55,075 nucleotides of DNA. Origin: an uncultured Oscillospiraceae bacterium. GTDB lineage: Bacteria > Bacillota > Clostridia > Oscillospirales > Oscillospiraceae. Positions 1 through 8,571 of this stretch are shown here, piece after piece. Position 1 is the stretch's first letter, and each line of letters begins with the position of its first letter. The stretch covers positions 1-55,075 of the forward strand of contig CAZEXC010000001.1 in NCBI GenBank assembly GCA_964516625.1. The letters are read 5' to 3'. The notes below the pieces were generated by a model, which was not told the origin of the DNA, searched no databases, and saw only the letters and a list, made by a program, of their open reading frames with translations. The translations under genes were made by a program, and so were the position numbers.

Positions 1-139
1 TTTACAAGGTTCCCCACGCGCACCCCCCACTTGAGAGCGCTTTGCTATATTATCACCGGAATTTTGAAATGTCAACACCTTTTTTTGAAAAAATGAAAAA
101 TTTTTTGATGAATTTTGCCCGCGAGGGCATACTATCATT

Positions 140-1654
140 ATGTTGGTCTTTAAACATTTCAAAACACAAGATGTAGGTGTGCATCCGCTGCCCGACCCGG
201 AATATGACGGCCCGATCACGCCCTCCAATATAGAAAAGCTTTTTTCCGGCTGCGACGACTTTACCTCGCGGTATATCACGGCGGGCGGCACGGACATCTC
301 CCTATTCGCCTGCTGGCTCGACGGCACCGTCTCCGGCTCGGAGGTGTCCGAGCAGATCCTGCGGCCGCTGACGGACCCCGTGCGCTTCGGCGGCGCAAAA
401 ACGCCGGCGGATATCGAGGCGCTCCTCGACAGGGGCTCGGCCTACGCAAACGAGATGCAGCGCCTTGAGGAGACGGACGGACTCGTCAGCGCGCTTTCCT
501 ACGGATACTGCGCTCTCGTATTCGACGGCAAAGCGCTGGCCTTTCAGGTAAAAACAGACCAGCACCGAACCATTCAGGAGCCCTCCGTCGAAAAATCGGT
601 CAAAGGGAGCAAGGACGCCTTTGTGGAGACCCTGCGCGTGAACACCACGCTGGTGCGCTCCCGGCTCCGCACGCCGAAGCTGAAGCTCTCTCAGACAATC
701 GTCGGCCGGAAAAGCCATACCGACGCCGCGGTCATGTGGATGGAAAACGTAGCGGATCCCGCTCTTGTGGAGGACGTGAAGCAGCGGCTCGACGGTCTGG
801 ACGTGGACGGGCTCATCCTGCCGGAGATCCTCGACAGCGGTCTGGTGTCCTCGCCGAAATCGCCCTTTCCCCAGCTCATCCACACGGAACGGCCGGATAA
901 ATTCGCCGCATGTATGCTGGACGGCCGCGTCGGGGTCCTTGTGGAGGGGATACCCGTGGGCTTCATCGCCCCGGCGTCCCTGCCGGAATTTATGAAAACG
1001 AACGAGGACGGCGCTCAGCATTTTCTGGCGGCCTCCTTCATCCGCATCCTCCGCTGGGCGGCGCTTTTCATCACTCTCCTGCTGCCTGCCTTTTATATCG
1101 CCATCGCCATGTACCACGCGGAGATGATCCCGACAAAGCTCCTGCTTTCGGTCATCGAATCGAAGCAGTCCGTGCCGTTTTCCACCTCGGCGGAGGTCAT
1201 GGGGATGCTGCTGGCGTTCGAGCTTTTGCAGGAAGCGGGGCTCCGTCTTCCCAACGCCATCGGCCAGACCGTGAGCATTATCGGCGCGCTTATCGTGGGG
1301 CAGTCCGCCGTGGATGCGGAGGTCATAAGTCCCATCGCCGTCATCGTGGTGGCGCTGGCGGGCATAGCGGGCTACACCATGCCGAGTCAGGATCTCGGGA
1401 CGGCGCTGCGGCTGTTCCGCTTTCTGCTGGCGCTGGCGGCGGTAGCGGCGGGGATGTTCGGCCTTGTCGTAGGCGCGACGTTCATCATCTGGCACCTGTG
1501 CTCCATCGAAAGCTTCGGACGCGCGTATGTGTCCTCCTCCCTCACCGGGCACAGCAGGGGCGGCTCTCAGGCGGTTTTCATCCGCAAGCCCCCATGGACA
1601 GATAAGTTCCGCGACCCGACCATCACCGGCGGGGACATACGGAGGCAGGCATGA
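140..1654 (+). CDS. Spore germination receptor, GerA/GerKA-family A subunit
   Basis: 504-aa ORF with a soluble N-terminal part and a multi-TM C-terminal part. The block SVEKSVKGSKDAFVETLRVNTTLVRSRL is typical of GerA-family A subunits. Its stop overlaps the next start (ATGA). Confidence 0.88.
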   Translation: MLVFKHFKTQDVGVHPLPDPEYDGPITPSNIEKLFSGCDDFTSRYITAGGTDISLFACWLDGTVSGSEVSEQILRPLTDPVRFGGAKTPADIEALLDRGSAYANEMQRLEETDGLVSALSYGYCALVFDGKALAFQVKTDQHRTIQEPSVEKSVKGSKDAFVETLRVNTTLVRSRLRTPKLKLSQTIVGRKSHTDAAVMWMENVADPALVEDVKQRLDGLDVDGLILPEILDSGLVSSPKSPFPQLIHTERPDKFAACMLDGRVGVLVEGIPVGFIAPASLPEFMKTNEDGAQHFLAASFIRILRWAALFITLLLPAFYIAIAMYHAEMIPTKLLLSVIESKQSVPFSTSAEVMGMLLAFELLQEAGLRLPNAIGQTVSIIGALIVGQSAVDAEVISPIAVIVVALAGIAGYTMPSQDLGTALRLFRFLLALAAVAAGMFGLVVGATFIIWHLCSIESFGRAYVSSSLTGHSRGGSQAVFIRKPPWTDKFRDPTITGGDIRRQA

Positions 1655-2775
1655 AGCGGCTGAAGCGGCTCCTCATTATATTATATGTATCGGCCGCGCT
1701 CGTGCTCCTGTCCGGCTGCCAGCATCGGAACATCTTCTCGAGCCGGCGGGACATGGAGCGCCTGCGCCCCGTCCAGACCATCGGCCTCGACCTTCAGGAG
1801 GAGGGGGTCGTGGTGAGCGTATCCTCCGGCATCGGGCCGGAAAACGCCCCGCCTCTGGTTATGAAATGCGCCGCCTCCGGCATAGAAACGGCTATCGAAC
1901 GGCTTCAGGACTATTCCCCGGAGGACGAGCTGTTTTACGCCCATGTGCAGTATATCCTTCTGGGCGAGACAATGGCCGCCGACACCATCCTGCCGCTTCT
2001 TGACTGGGTGGAGCGAAGCCCGTCCATGCGCACCGGCACCAGCATTTTCATCGTAAAGGGGAATGCGGACACCGCGATAACAGCCGCGACGGGCGAACAG
2101 ACCGATATTACGGAGCGGCTCGCCTCTCTGGAACGGGAGGCGCTCGTGCGCGGGCAGCATATCTACACCCTGCGCGAGGTCGCCTCCTCTCTGGCGGAAC
2201 GGAGCTGCGCGCTGTGTCTTGCCGTGCGGGCCTTTCCTCCCGACAACACGATCTACACCGAAACGAAGCAGACCGCCGCCATCGTCCCCGACGGCTATGC
2301 CGTTTTGCAAAACGGCGCCGTGGCGGCGTATCTGTCCCAGAACGAGACGCTGGGCGCCGAGCTTCTGACCGGCAGCGCCGTCGGCGCGCAGTTTACCGTG
2401 GACGGGAACGTGCTGGAGCTTTTCGAGGGCAGCGCGCAGGCGTCCGGGCAGTGGGATGACGACGGCACGCTTACGGGCATATATGTCTGCGGCGAGCTCA
2501 AGGCCGGCGTCCGGGAGCGCGAGAGGGACGGCGAGGAGGATCTCGATACGCTGCAAAACGATTTCCGGCTTTCCGCTCTTCGCTTTTTAGAGGACGTCAT
2601 CGCCCGCTCTCAGGAGCTGGACTGCGATTTCCTCAATCTGGAAGCCGCCGTTATGAAAAACATGCCGGGGCATAAGGCTTCCGAGCCGGAGGACTGGGCG
2701 GATATTTTCCCGACCCTTCCCGTCACCGTGGTCGTGGAGGGCGAGATAAGCCGCAATTATGACCTTTCGGACTGA
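1651..2775 (+). CDS. Spore germination receptor, Ger(x)C-family lipoprotein subunit
   Basis: 374-aa ORF with a signal peptide ending in the lipobox LLSGC. It is translationally coupled to the A subunit, and its length and context fit GerAC/GerKC. Confidence 0.82.
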   Translation: MKRLKRLLIILYVSAALVLLSGCQHRNIFSSRRDMERLRPVQTIGLDLQEEGVVVSVSSGIGPENAPPLVMKCAASGIETAIERLQDYSPEDELFYAHVQYILLGETMAADTILPLLDWVERSPSMRTGTSIFIVKGNADTAITAATGEQTDITERLASLEREALVRGQHIYTLREVASSLAERSCALCLAVRAFPPDNTIYTETKQTAAIVPDGYAVLQNGAVAAYLSQNETLGAELLTGSAVGAQFTVDGNVLELFEGSAQASGQWDDDGTLTGIYVCGELKAGVRERERDGEEDLDTLQNDFRLSALRFLEDVIARSQELDCDFLNLEAAVMKNMPGHKASEPEDWADIFPTLPVTVVVEGEISRNYDLSD

Positions 2776-2818
2776 ACCGAAGCTCTGATAAAAAAACTCC
2801 CGCGGCCGCGGGAGCGTC

Positions 2819-3946
2819 ATGGAGGAACGCATGAAAAGCACCGCCGTCACCCGCAAGCAATTTTCCGCCGCCATATTCGCGGCGCTCCTGTCCCCGCTTC
2901 TGCGTGTGCTTCCCCGGCAGGCCGTCTTTCTGGCGGGCAAGGCGGCGTGGCTGGGCGTCGTCCCGGCCTTTTTCGTCCTGCTGGCGCTGGCCGCCCTTAT
3001 GGACGCCCTGCGCCGGAGACTGCGTCCGGGCGAAGGCATGGCAAACCTCATCCTGCGGGTCATGGGGCCCGTCTTCGGACGGCTTATGCTTCTGCTGTAC
3101 GCCGCGTGGTTTTTGTTTTACGCCGGCTTCATCCTTCGCAGCGGGGCGGAACGTCTGTGCGCGACGGTATATATGCAAAGCGGCCCCCTGCCGTTTATTC
3201 TGGTGATGCTGGCGCTGTGCCTGCTCGTTTCGCTGGGGACGTTTCGGGCCATGACGCGCACGGCGGTGATCCTGCGGACTATCCTGCTTTTATGTCTGGC
3301 GGTCGTTTTTATTTTCGCGATCTCAAATATTTCCCCGGAAAACCTCTTTCCTCTGGCCTGGGACGAAGCGCCGGGGATCGCCGCGAGCGCGTGGCCTGTC
3401 CTCACGGTAGGCGGCGTGGCGGCTCTCTTTTCTTTTTTGAACGGCTATGTGGAACCGGCGGAAAAGCCCATGAAGCGGCTGCTCCCGCCGCTGGCCGCCT
3501 TCTGCGTCGTGGCGGCTCTGCTGTGCTTTGAGACGGTCGGTTCCTTCGGCCAGGCGCTGGTAAAGCGGCTTCGGTACCCGTTTTTCACCATGGTGCGGGA
3601 CGTGACCATTTTTGACCTGTCCCAGCGGGTGGAGGCCGTCGTGATTGCGCTGTGGGCCTTTGCCGACTTTATCCTCTGCGTCATGCTGCTCCGCTGCGCT
3701 CACGAAGCGCTGCGGACGATCCTCGGCTTTCCCAAATCGGAGGAGCTGCGGCTTTTCTGCTTTCGGCGGGGCCGCTGGCTCTTCCTTCTGGAGGGCGCCG
3801 CCGTTTTCCTGTGCAGCCGGAGCTTCGCGTCGTCCTCGTTCGTTTTTTCCGTCTGGTCGGAAAAAATCGTCCCGTTTCTAAGCAACTGCTTCGTGTTCGG
3901 CGGTTTCTCCCTGATATGGCTCGCGGCCAGGCTCCGACGGAGATAG
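2819..3946 (+). CDS. Spore germination receptor, GerAB-type integral membrane (APC-like) subunit
   Basis: 375-aa, very hydrophobic ORF with multiple TM helices, third gene of the ger operon. ATG 2831 (RBS GGAGGA) is an alternative start. Confidence 0.78.
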   Translation: MEERMKSTAVTRKQFSAAIFAALLSPLLRVLPRQAVFLAGKAAWLGVVPAFFVLLALAALMDALRRRLRPGEGMANLILRVMGPVFGRLMLLLYAAWFLFYAGFILRSGAERLCATVYMQSGPLPFILVMLALCLLVSLGTFRAMTRTAVILRTILLLCLAVVFIFAISNISPENLFPLAWDEAPGIAASAWPVLTVGGVAALFSFLNGYVEPAEKPMKRLLPPLAAFCVVAALLCFETVGSFGQALVKRLRYPFFTMVRDVTIFDLSQRVEAVVIALWAFADFILCVMLLRCAHEALRTILGFPKSEELRLFCFRRGRWLFLLEGAAVFLCSRSFASSSFVFSVWSEKIVPFLSNCFVFGGFSLIWLAARLRRR

Positions 3947-3963
3947 GCCCGCCGGGTCTCCGC

Positions 3964-3994
3964 AATAAAAAAGTGCGCGGCCGCAGCCGCGCAC
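3964..3994 (-). terminator. Intrinsic terminator downstream of the 4010..5347 lipoprotein gene (may also stop the ger operon)
   Basis: GC hairpin GTGCGCGGC-CGCA-GCCGCGCAC at 3973..3994. On the minus strand it is followed by TTTTTTATT. Confidence 0.7.
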
Positions 3995-4009
3995 CGAAAA
4001 TAGATTTTT

Positions 4010-5347
4010 TTACTCCGTCGTGCCTTCCTCGACCTCCACGGCGTTGCTCTCGTCGGCGGCAAGCTCCAAAACGGCGCTGCGCAGCTCCGACATCTGACCG
4101 CTGTCGCAGACATAGTTGACGCCCACCATCTGCTGGATGGCGTCGCCGATAAAGTAGAATATGGGGCCTGTGGAATCAGACAGCGTGACGGACACGGTCA
4201 CTCTGTCCCCGTCGGGAGCATCCGCCGTGTCGCCGCTGACGGCGATGCCCGTCAGCGTACGGAGAAAGTCGGTCGCGGCGTCGTCGGACAGGGCAAAGTA
4301 GCCGGTCTGATCCCCGATGTCGTAATCCACGAATACGCCGATGACGGAGAGGTCGTCCCGCTCGCCGTTTGCTATTTCGGCGGTCTGCTGCATATCGTCG
4401 CGCAAGTCCGCCACCGTCCCGCCCTCAAAGGCGGTCTCGTTCTGGGGCGCGAAGCTTATATCCCAAAGGGAGCTGATGCCGTTCAGCCAGTAGTACACCG
4501 TGCCGAAGGCCGGATTGGCCGTCACGGCAAGGCACTGCTGCGCAAAGGTGAAGGCGTAGGTTGTTCCGTCCTCCATCGTAAACACAAAGTCCTTCACATC
4601 CGTCACGTCGATGTTCTGGTCGGGCTGGTTCTCCACGACCGTCACCGTCGCGCCCGCGAGGGTCTGGAATACGCTTTTCACAACATCCTCGTCCTCGCTT
4701 GTGATGGTCGCGCCGCTGTTCATGCGGTAGCCCACGGACACCGGCATGTCCTCATAAAAATTATCGGCAAAGGCGCGGACGGAATCGTCAAAATACAGGT
4801 CGAAAATGTCAAATTCGTCGCTGTAGGAGGGAAACGCGATATCCCAAAGCCCGTCGCCGCCGGAAACGGTATAGTCCCCGGAGGGAGCGCTCAGGATGTA
4901 ACCTGTCCCGTCGGAGGACGGCGCAAAGCTTGCGGCGTATTCCGTGCCGTCCGACATGGTGAGGATATATTCCGCGCCGCCGGAAGCGCTCTGCTCCGCC
5001 CGGCCCGTAACGGTAACGCCCCGCAGAGCGTCGCAGGCGGCGACGATGCTCGCGCGGTCAAACACATAGGCGCGGCAGCCGCGGATGCCGCCCTCTCCCG
5101 CCTCGGTCTGGCAGCTCAGGGCCACGGGGGTATCGGAATAATAGTTCGCGCCGAAGTCCGACCAGCCCATGAACGCAAAAAAGGGCTGCTCGGAGAAAGC
5201 CTCCTCCTGCTCCTGCTCCGTCTCCTCCCCGTCGTCGGAAAGGGACTCGGGAAGCTCCGTCCCGGGCATGATGCTCACAAAGCTTCCGCACGCGCCCATG
5301 GAAAGCAGAAGCGCCAGCGCCAGCACGATGGCAAAAAATTTCTTCAT
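4010..5347 (-). CDS. Secreted lipoprotein of unknown function with three internal repeat modules
   Basis: 445-aa ORF with signal peptide MKKFFAIVLALALLLSMGAC (lipobox). An acidic linker (DDGEETEQEQEE) is followed by three visibly related modules of roughly 100 aa. I recognise no known family. Confidence 0.7.
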   Translation of the reverse strand: MKKFFAIVLALALLLSMGACGSFVSIMPGTELPESLSDDGEETEQEQEEAFSEQPFFAFMGWSDFGANYYSDTPVALSCQTEAGEGGIRGCRAYVFDRASIVAACDALRGVTVTGRAEQSASGGAEYILTMSDGTEYAASFAPSSDGTGYILSAPSGDYTVSGGDGLWDIAFPSYSDEFDIFDLYFDDSVRAFADNFYEDMPVSVGYRMNSGATITSEDEDVVKSVFQTLAGATVTVVENQPDQNIDVTDVKDFVFTMEDGTTYAFTFAQQCLAVTANPAFGTVYYWLNGISSLWDISFAPQNETAFEGGTVADLRDDMQQTAEIANGERDDLSVIGVFVDYDIGDQTGYFALSDDAATDFLRTLTGIAVSGDTADAPDGDRVTVSVTLSDSTGPIFYFIGDAIQQMVGVNYVCDSGQMSELRSAVLELAADESNAVEVEEGTTE

Positions 5348-5420
5348 AGATCATTCTCCGATTTAGCCTCTGTAAACGGCCTGAATCAAATCCAATAACC
5401 TTTTGTCGTTATCACAAAGG

Positions 5421-5449
5421 ATTATAGCACATTCCCGCCGGTTTGTAAA
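5421..5449 (-). promoter_or_regulatory. Sigma-A type promoter for the lipoprotein gene
   Basis: The minus strand reads TTTACA-17 nt-TATAAT with an extended -10 (TGcTATAAT), about 75 nt upstream of the ATG. Confidence 0.5.
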
Positions 5450-5455
5450 AGCCTA

Positions 5456-7105
5456 TCAAGCCGGCGTTATCCGATACCGCCCGTCATGGCGCGAGACCTC
5501 GCACAGCACACGCTGGCCGGGACACTGACGCGCAAAGCGCAAAACGCCGCCGCCCGCCTCCAGAAATCGGATATCCCCGGTACGCAGGGCGGGCGTATCC
5601 CGCTTTTTCCGCGCCAGCTCCCTGTACAGCGCGAGAAGCCTTTCGTCCTCCCGCCCCCAGGGAAAGGGCAGGCGGCACATGGGATCCTTTCCGCCCGAAA
5701 GCCCCGCCTCGTCGCCATAGTAGATGACCGGCGAGCCGGGCAGGGCAAACTGCAGAAAGACCGCGGCGCGGCGGGCGTTTTCGTCCGGCAGGAGCGTCCC
5801 GACGCGCTCCGTGTCGTGGTTTCCCAGGATCAGCATGGTGCAGTCGAGAGCCGCCGCGGGGTAGTTTTCCGCCAGCGTCATGACCGTCTCGGCCAGCGCC
5901 CGGCCGCCGTCCGCGCCGGAGGCGAAGTCCAGTATGGCTTTTCGGAACGGATAGTTTATGACCCCGTCCAGCTCCCCGCCCGTGAAATACCGGCGGCGGA
6001 CGCCGTAGCTTATCTTGCTCGACGCGTCCTCCCATACCTCGCCGATCACGACGCCGTCGGGTCTGCAGGCCTTCACCCGCCGGTAAAGCGCCGTGATAAA
6101 CTCGTCCGGCAGCTCGTCGGCCACGTCCAGCCGGAACCCGTCCGCCCCCAGCCGGAGCCATTTTGCCACGACGCCGTCCTCGCCAAGAATAAAGTCCATA
6201 TATCCCGCGTCCAGCTCGTTTACGCAGGGAAGTGACTTTATCCCCCACCATGACGTATATTTTTCGGGAAATTCCTGAAAATCATACCACTTATAATACT
6301 TTGACGTGGGCCCTTGCGATACCGCTCCCCCACCAAAGACGTTTTTCGCGTCAAAGTAAACGCTGTTTTCCCCCGTATGGGAAAACACCCCGTCGAGCAT
6401 GACCCGCATACCGCGGCTGTGCGCCGCCCGGCACAGGGACGCAAACGCCTCCTCCGTCCCCAGCATGGGATCGACGCGGGTATAATCCGCCGTGTCGTAC
6501 CGATGGTTGGACGCGGCCATAAAAATCGGGTTCAAATAGATGACTTCCGCGCCAAGGGACGCGATGTAGCCGAGCTTTTCCTCAATGCCCCGCAGATTCC
6601 CGCCCGCAAAGTCGGAGGCGTCCGGCGCGGACGGGACGAAGGACGCGAAATCCCCCAGCGTATAGGGCCGGAGCTTTTCCGTCAGGTCGCAGTCCCCGGC
6701 CTTATAAAAGCGATCCGGGAATATCTGGTAATACACCGCGCCCCGGCAGGCTTCCGGCGGCGCGTAATCCTCCGGCACGACCGTGAGCTGCCACGGCTCG
6801 CCCTCGGCTATGTTCGTTTCCCCGTTCCGCCGGAACAGGTCAAAATCGCCGTTTTTGTCCCAGATATGGAAATGATAGAAATAGAGCCCCGGCTCTCCGG
6901 GCGAAAATTCCCCCCGGAAACTGTCGCGGCCGCCGTCCCGCCCGGCTCTGTGGAGCTCGACCTGCAGCCCGTCCGCCGCCAGGATCGCGCGGTAAGCTCC
7001 GCACGCCGACGGCACCCGGAGCCGAACGCGGCATGTCTGACCCGCCCGCAGCGCGCCGAAGGGGGACTTATCCGCCGCGTCGCGGCTGTCGTATAAAATA
7101 TCCAT
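5456..7105 (-). CDS. Glycoside hydrolase family 13 (neopullulanase/cyclomaltodextrinase-like alpha-glucosidase), cytoplasmic
   Basis: 549-aa ORF with GH13 conserved regions (GFRLDVADELPDEF, EVWED, GNHDTERV). It has an N-terminal beta-domain and no signal peptide. Confidence 0.88.
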   Translation of the reverse strand: MDILYDSRDAADKSPFGALRAGQTCRVRLRVPSACGAYRAILAADGLQVELHRAGRDGGRDSFRGEFSPGEPGLYFYHFHIWDKNGDFDLFRRNGETNIAEGEPWQLTVVPEDYAPPEACRGAVYYQIFPDRFYKAGDCDLTEKLRPYTLGDFASFVPSAPDASDFAGGNLRGIEEKLGYIASLGAEVIYLNPIFMAASNHRYDTADYTRVDPMLGTEEAFASLCRAAHSRGMRVMLDGVFSHTGENSVYFDAKNVFGGGAVSQGPTSKYYKWYDFQEFPEKYTSWWGIKSLPCVNELDAGYMDFILGEDGVVAKWLRLGADGFRLDVADELPDEFITALYRRVKACRPDGVVIGEVWEDASSKISYGVRRRYFTGGELDGVINYPFRKAILDFASGADGGRALAETVMTLAENYPAAALDCTMLILGNHDTERVGTLLPDENARRAAVFLQFALPGSPVIYYGDEAGLSGGKDPMCRLPFPWGREDERLLALYRELARKKRDTPALRTGDIRFLEAGGGVLRFARQCPGQRVLCEVSRHDGRYRITPA

Positions 7106-7136
7106 GGCGCAGGATACGCTCTCCTTTCCGCCGGAT

Positions 7137-7168
7137 AAAATAAAAAAGCACCCGGCCGCGGGCCGGGT
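7137..7168 (-). terminator. Intrinsic terminator of rpsT
   Basis: On the minus strand the hairpin ACCCGGCC-CGC-GGCCGGGT is followed by GCTTTTTTATTTT, immediately after the rpsT stop. Confidence 0.7.
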
Positions 7169-7177
7169 ACTGTGCCG

Positions 7178-7444
7178 TTATTCCGAAAGGGCGTTTATTT
7201 TTTTGGCCATCGCGGATTTCTTGCGCGCCGCGTTGTTCTTGTGGATAAGGCCTCTGGACGCCGCCCTGTCAACGGACTTCACGGCGACCCTATAGGTCTC
7301 GGCAGCCTGTACGCCGTCGCCGGCCTCAACAGCCGCGTCAAATTTCTTGATTTCGGTTCTCAGCGCGGATTTGGCCGCCTTGTTTCTGGCGTTCGCCGCC
7401 TTCTGGAGCTGATCCCTCTTGGCTGATGACTTGATGTTCGGCAT
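7178..7444 (-). CDS. rpsT: 30S ribosomal protein S20
   Basis: The ORF-track entry 7178..7564 contains MPNIKSSAKRDQLQKAANARNKAAKS..., a canonical S20 N-terminus. The start was set at this internal ATG (88 aa), with RBS GGGAGG upstream. Confidence 0.93.
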   Translation of the reverse strand: MPNIKSSAKRDQLQKAANARNKAAKSALRTEIKKFDAAVEAGDGVQAAETYRVAVKSVDRAASRGLIHKNNAARKKSAMAKKINALSE

Positions 7445-7493
7445 TTTCTCGCACCTCCCTATAAAAGTCTGAACATGATGTCCGCAGACAGGT

Positions 7494-7522
7494 ATTATAA
7501 CAGGATCTCCCGGAAAAATCAA
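7494..7522 (-). promoter_or_regulatory. Sigma-A type promoter of rpsT
   Basis: The minus strand reads TTGATT-17 nt-TATAAT with an extended -10 (TGtTATAAT). Confidence 0.55.
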
Positions 7523-7626
7523 GTAAAACTTTTTGAGGCTTTTCGCCCTTTTTTCGGCTTTCACGGCGACCCTTTCGTTTTAATTTTGACGCCTTTTGCA
7601 CACAATATTTATAATTATGATAGGAG

Positions 7627-8451
7627 ATGACAGCATTGCGCGGAGCACGCACGGATCTGGCGGCGGAGGATCTGCCCCGGGACGGAGGACAGCTTCCCGG
7701 CGTAAAAAGCCGGAGCTATGACCGGGACGGCTTCCAAGTGACCGATGTGGAGATATTGGACGGGCGCGGATCAGAATTATTATGTAAACCTGTAGGGAAA
7801 TATATCACCGTGGATCTGGAAATATTCTTTCGGCGGCAGGAGGATTCCTTCGTTCACGCCGCGGAGCTTCTCCGCTCCTGCCTGCGCCGGCTTTTGCCCT
7901 TGCGGGAGGGCGACAGCGTCCTTGTCGCCGGTCTGGGAAATCCCGCGATAACGCCGGATGCGGTAGGCCCGGAGGCCGCCGCGCTCACGCTGGCCACACG
8001 CCATTTGAAGCAGCAGATGCCGGAGGAGTTTTCCGCTTTTCGCCCCGTCAGCATCTGTCAAACCGGCGTTCTGGGTACAACAGGCATGGAAAGCTCGGAG
8101 CTCATTCGCGCCATATGCGGCGCCGTGCGGCCCGACGCCGTGATCGTGGTAGACGCGCTGGCGGCGCGCAGCACGGAAAGGCTCTGCCGCACGGTGCAGC
8201 TTACCGACAGCGGTATCGTCCCCGGCTCCGGCGTGGGAAACGACCGCGCGGAGCTCTCCCGCCGGGTGCTTGGGGTGCCGGTGGCGGCTGTGGGCGTCCC
8301 GACCGTGGTGGACGCCGGGGAGGGCCTCATCGTCACGCCGCGGGATATCGATAAATACGTCAAGGACGCGGGCAAGCTCATCGCTTACGGTCTGAACCTC
8401 GCCCTCCACCCGGGCATGACCGTTTCCGATGTGGATATGTTCGTGGGGTAA
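7627..8451 (+). CDS. gpr: Germination protease (GPR endopeptidase)
   Basis: 274-aa ORF with an N-terminal RTDLAAE motif and the VIVVDALAARS...LTDSGIVPGSGVGN block typical of Gpr. In-frame TTG 7636 has better spacing to AGGAG than ATG 7627 and may be the real start. Confidence 0.88.
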   Translation: MTALRGARTDLAAEDLPRDGGQLPGVKSRSYDRDGFQVTDVEILDGRGSELLCKPVGKYITVDLEIFFRRQEDSFVHAAELLRSCLRRLLPLREGDSVLVAGLGNPAITPDAVGPEAAALTLATRHLKQQMPEEFSAFRPVSICQTGVLGTTGMESSELIRAICGAVRPDAVIVVDALAARSTERLCRTVQLTDSGIVPGSGVGNDRAELSRRVLGVPVAAVGVPTVVDAGEGLIVTPRDIDKYVKDAGKLIAYGLNLALHPGMTVSDVDMFVG

Positions 8452-8454
8452 AAA

Positions 8455-8470
8455 TGTTTCACGTGAAACA
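8455..8470. promoter_or_regulatory. parS: parS site 1 (perfect TGTTTCACGTGAAACA)
   Basis: Exact match to the Firmicute parS consensus TGTTNCACGTGAAACA. The palindrome extends to 22 bp (AAATGTTTCACGTGAAACATTT, 8452..8473). Confidence 0.85.
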
Positions 8471-8489
8471 TTTCCGCTTCTTCTCCGAT

Positions 8490-8505
8490 TGTTTCACGTG
8501 AAACA
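8490..8505. promoter_or_regulatory. parS: parS site 2 (perfect TGTTTCACGTGAAACA)
   Basis: A second exact 16-bp copy, 35 bp centre-to-centre from site 1, directly abutting the -35 of the soj promoter. Confidence 0.85.
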
Positions 8506-8533
8506 TTGAAATTTCCCATCGATCTGTTATAAT
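8506..8533 (+). promoter_or_regulatory. Candidate soj-spo0J promoter
   Basis: TTGAAA-16 nt-TATAAT with an extended -10 (TGtTATAAT), 38 nt upstream of the soj ATG. Confidence 0.5.
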
Positions 8534-8571
8534 AGGCATATTGCGGGATCAAAAAACAAAGGAGGCGCGTT

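Noticed and set aside
128-134. CATACTA, resembling a sigma-G -10 element, upstream of the gerA-type operon.
   Set aside because: It lies only 5 nt from ATG 140, leaving no room for a 5' UTR or RBS. No correctly spaced GHATR-type -35 is present. The real forespore promoter is probably upstream of the window edge or cannot be identified by eye.
7240-7248. Perfect DnaA box TGTGGATAA.
   Set aside because: It is a single isolated copy inside the rpsT coding sequence, 20 kb from dnaA. About one chance occurrence is expected in a window of this size, and there is no clustering.
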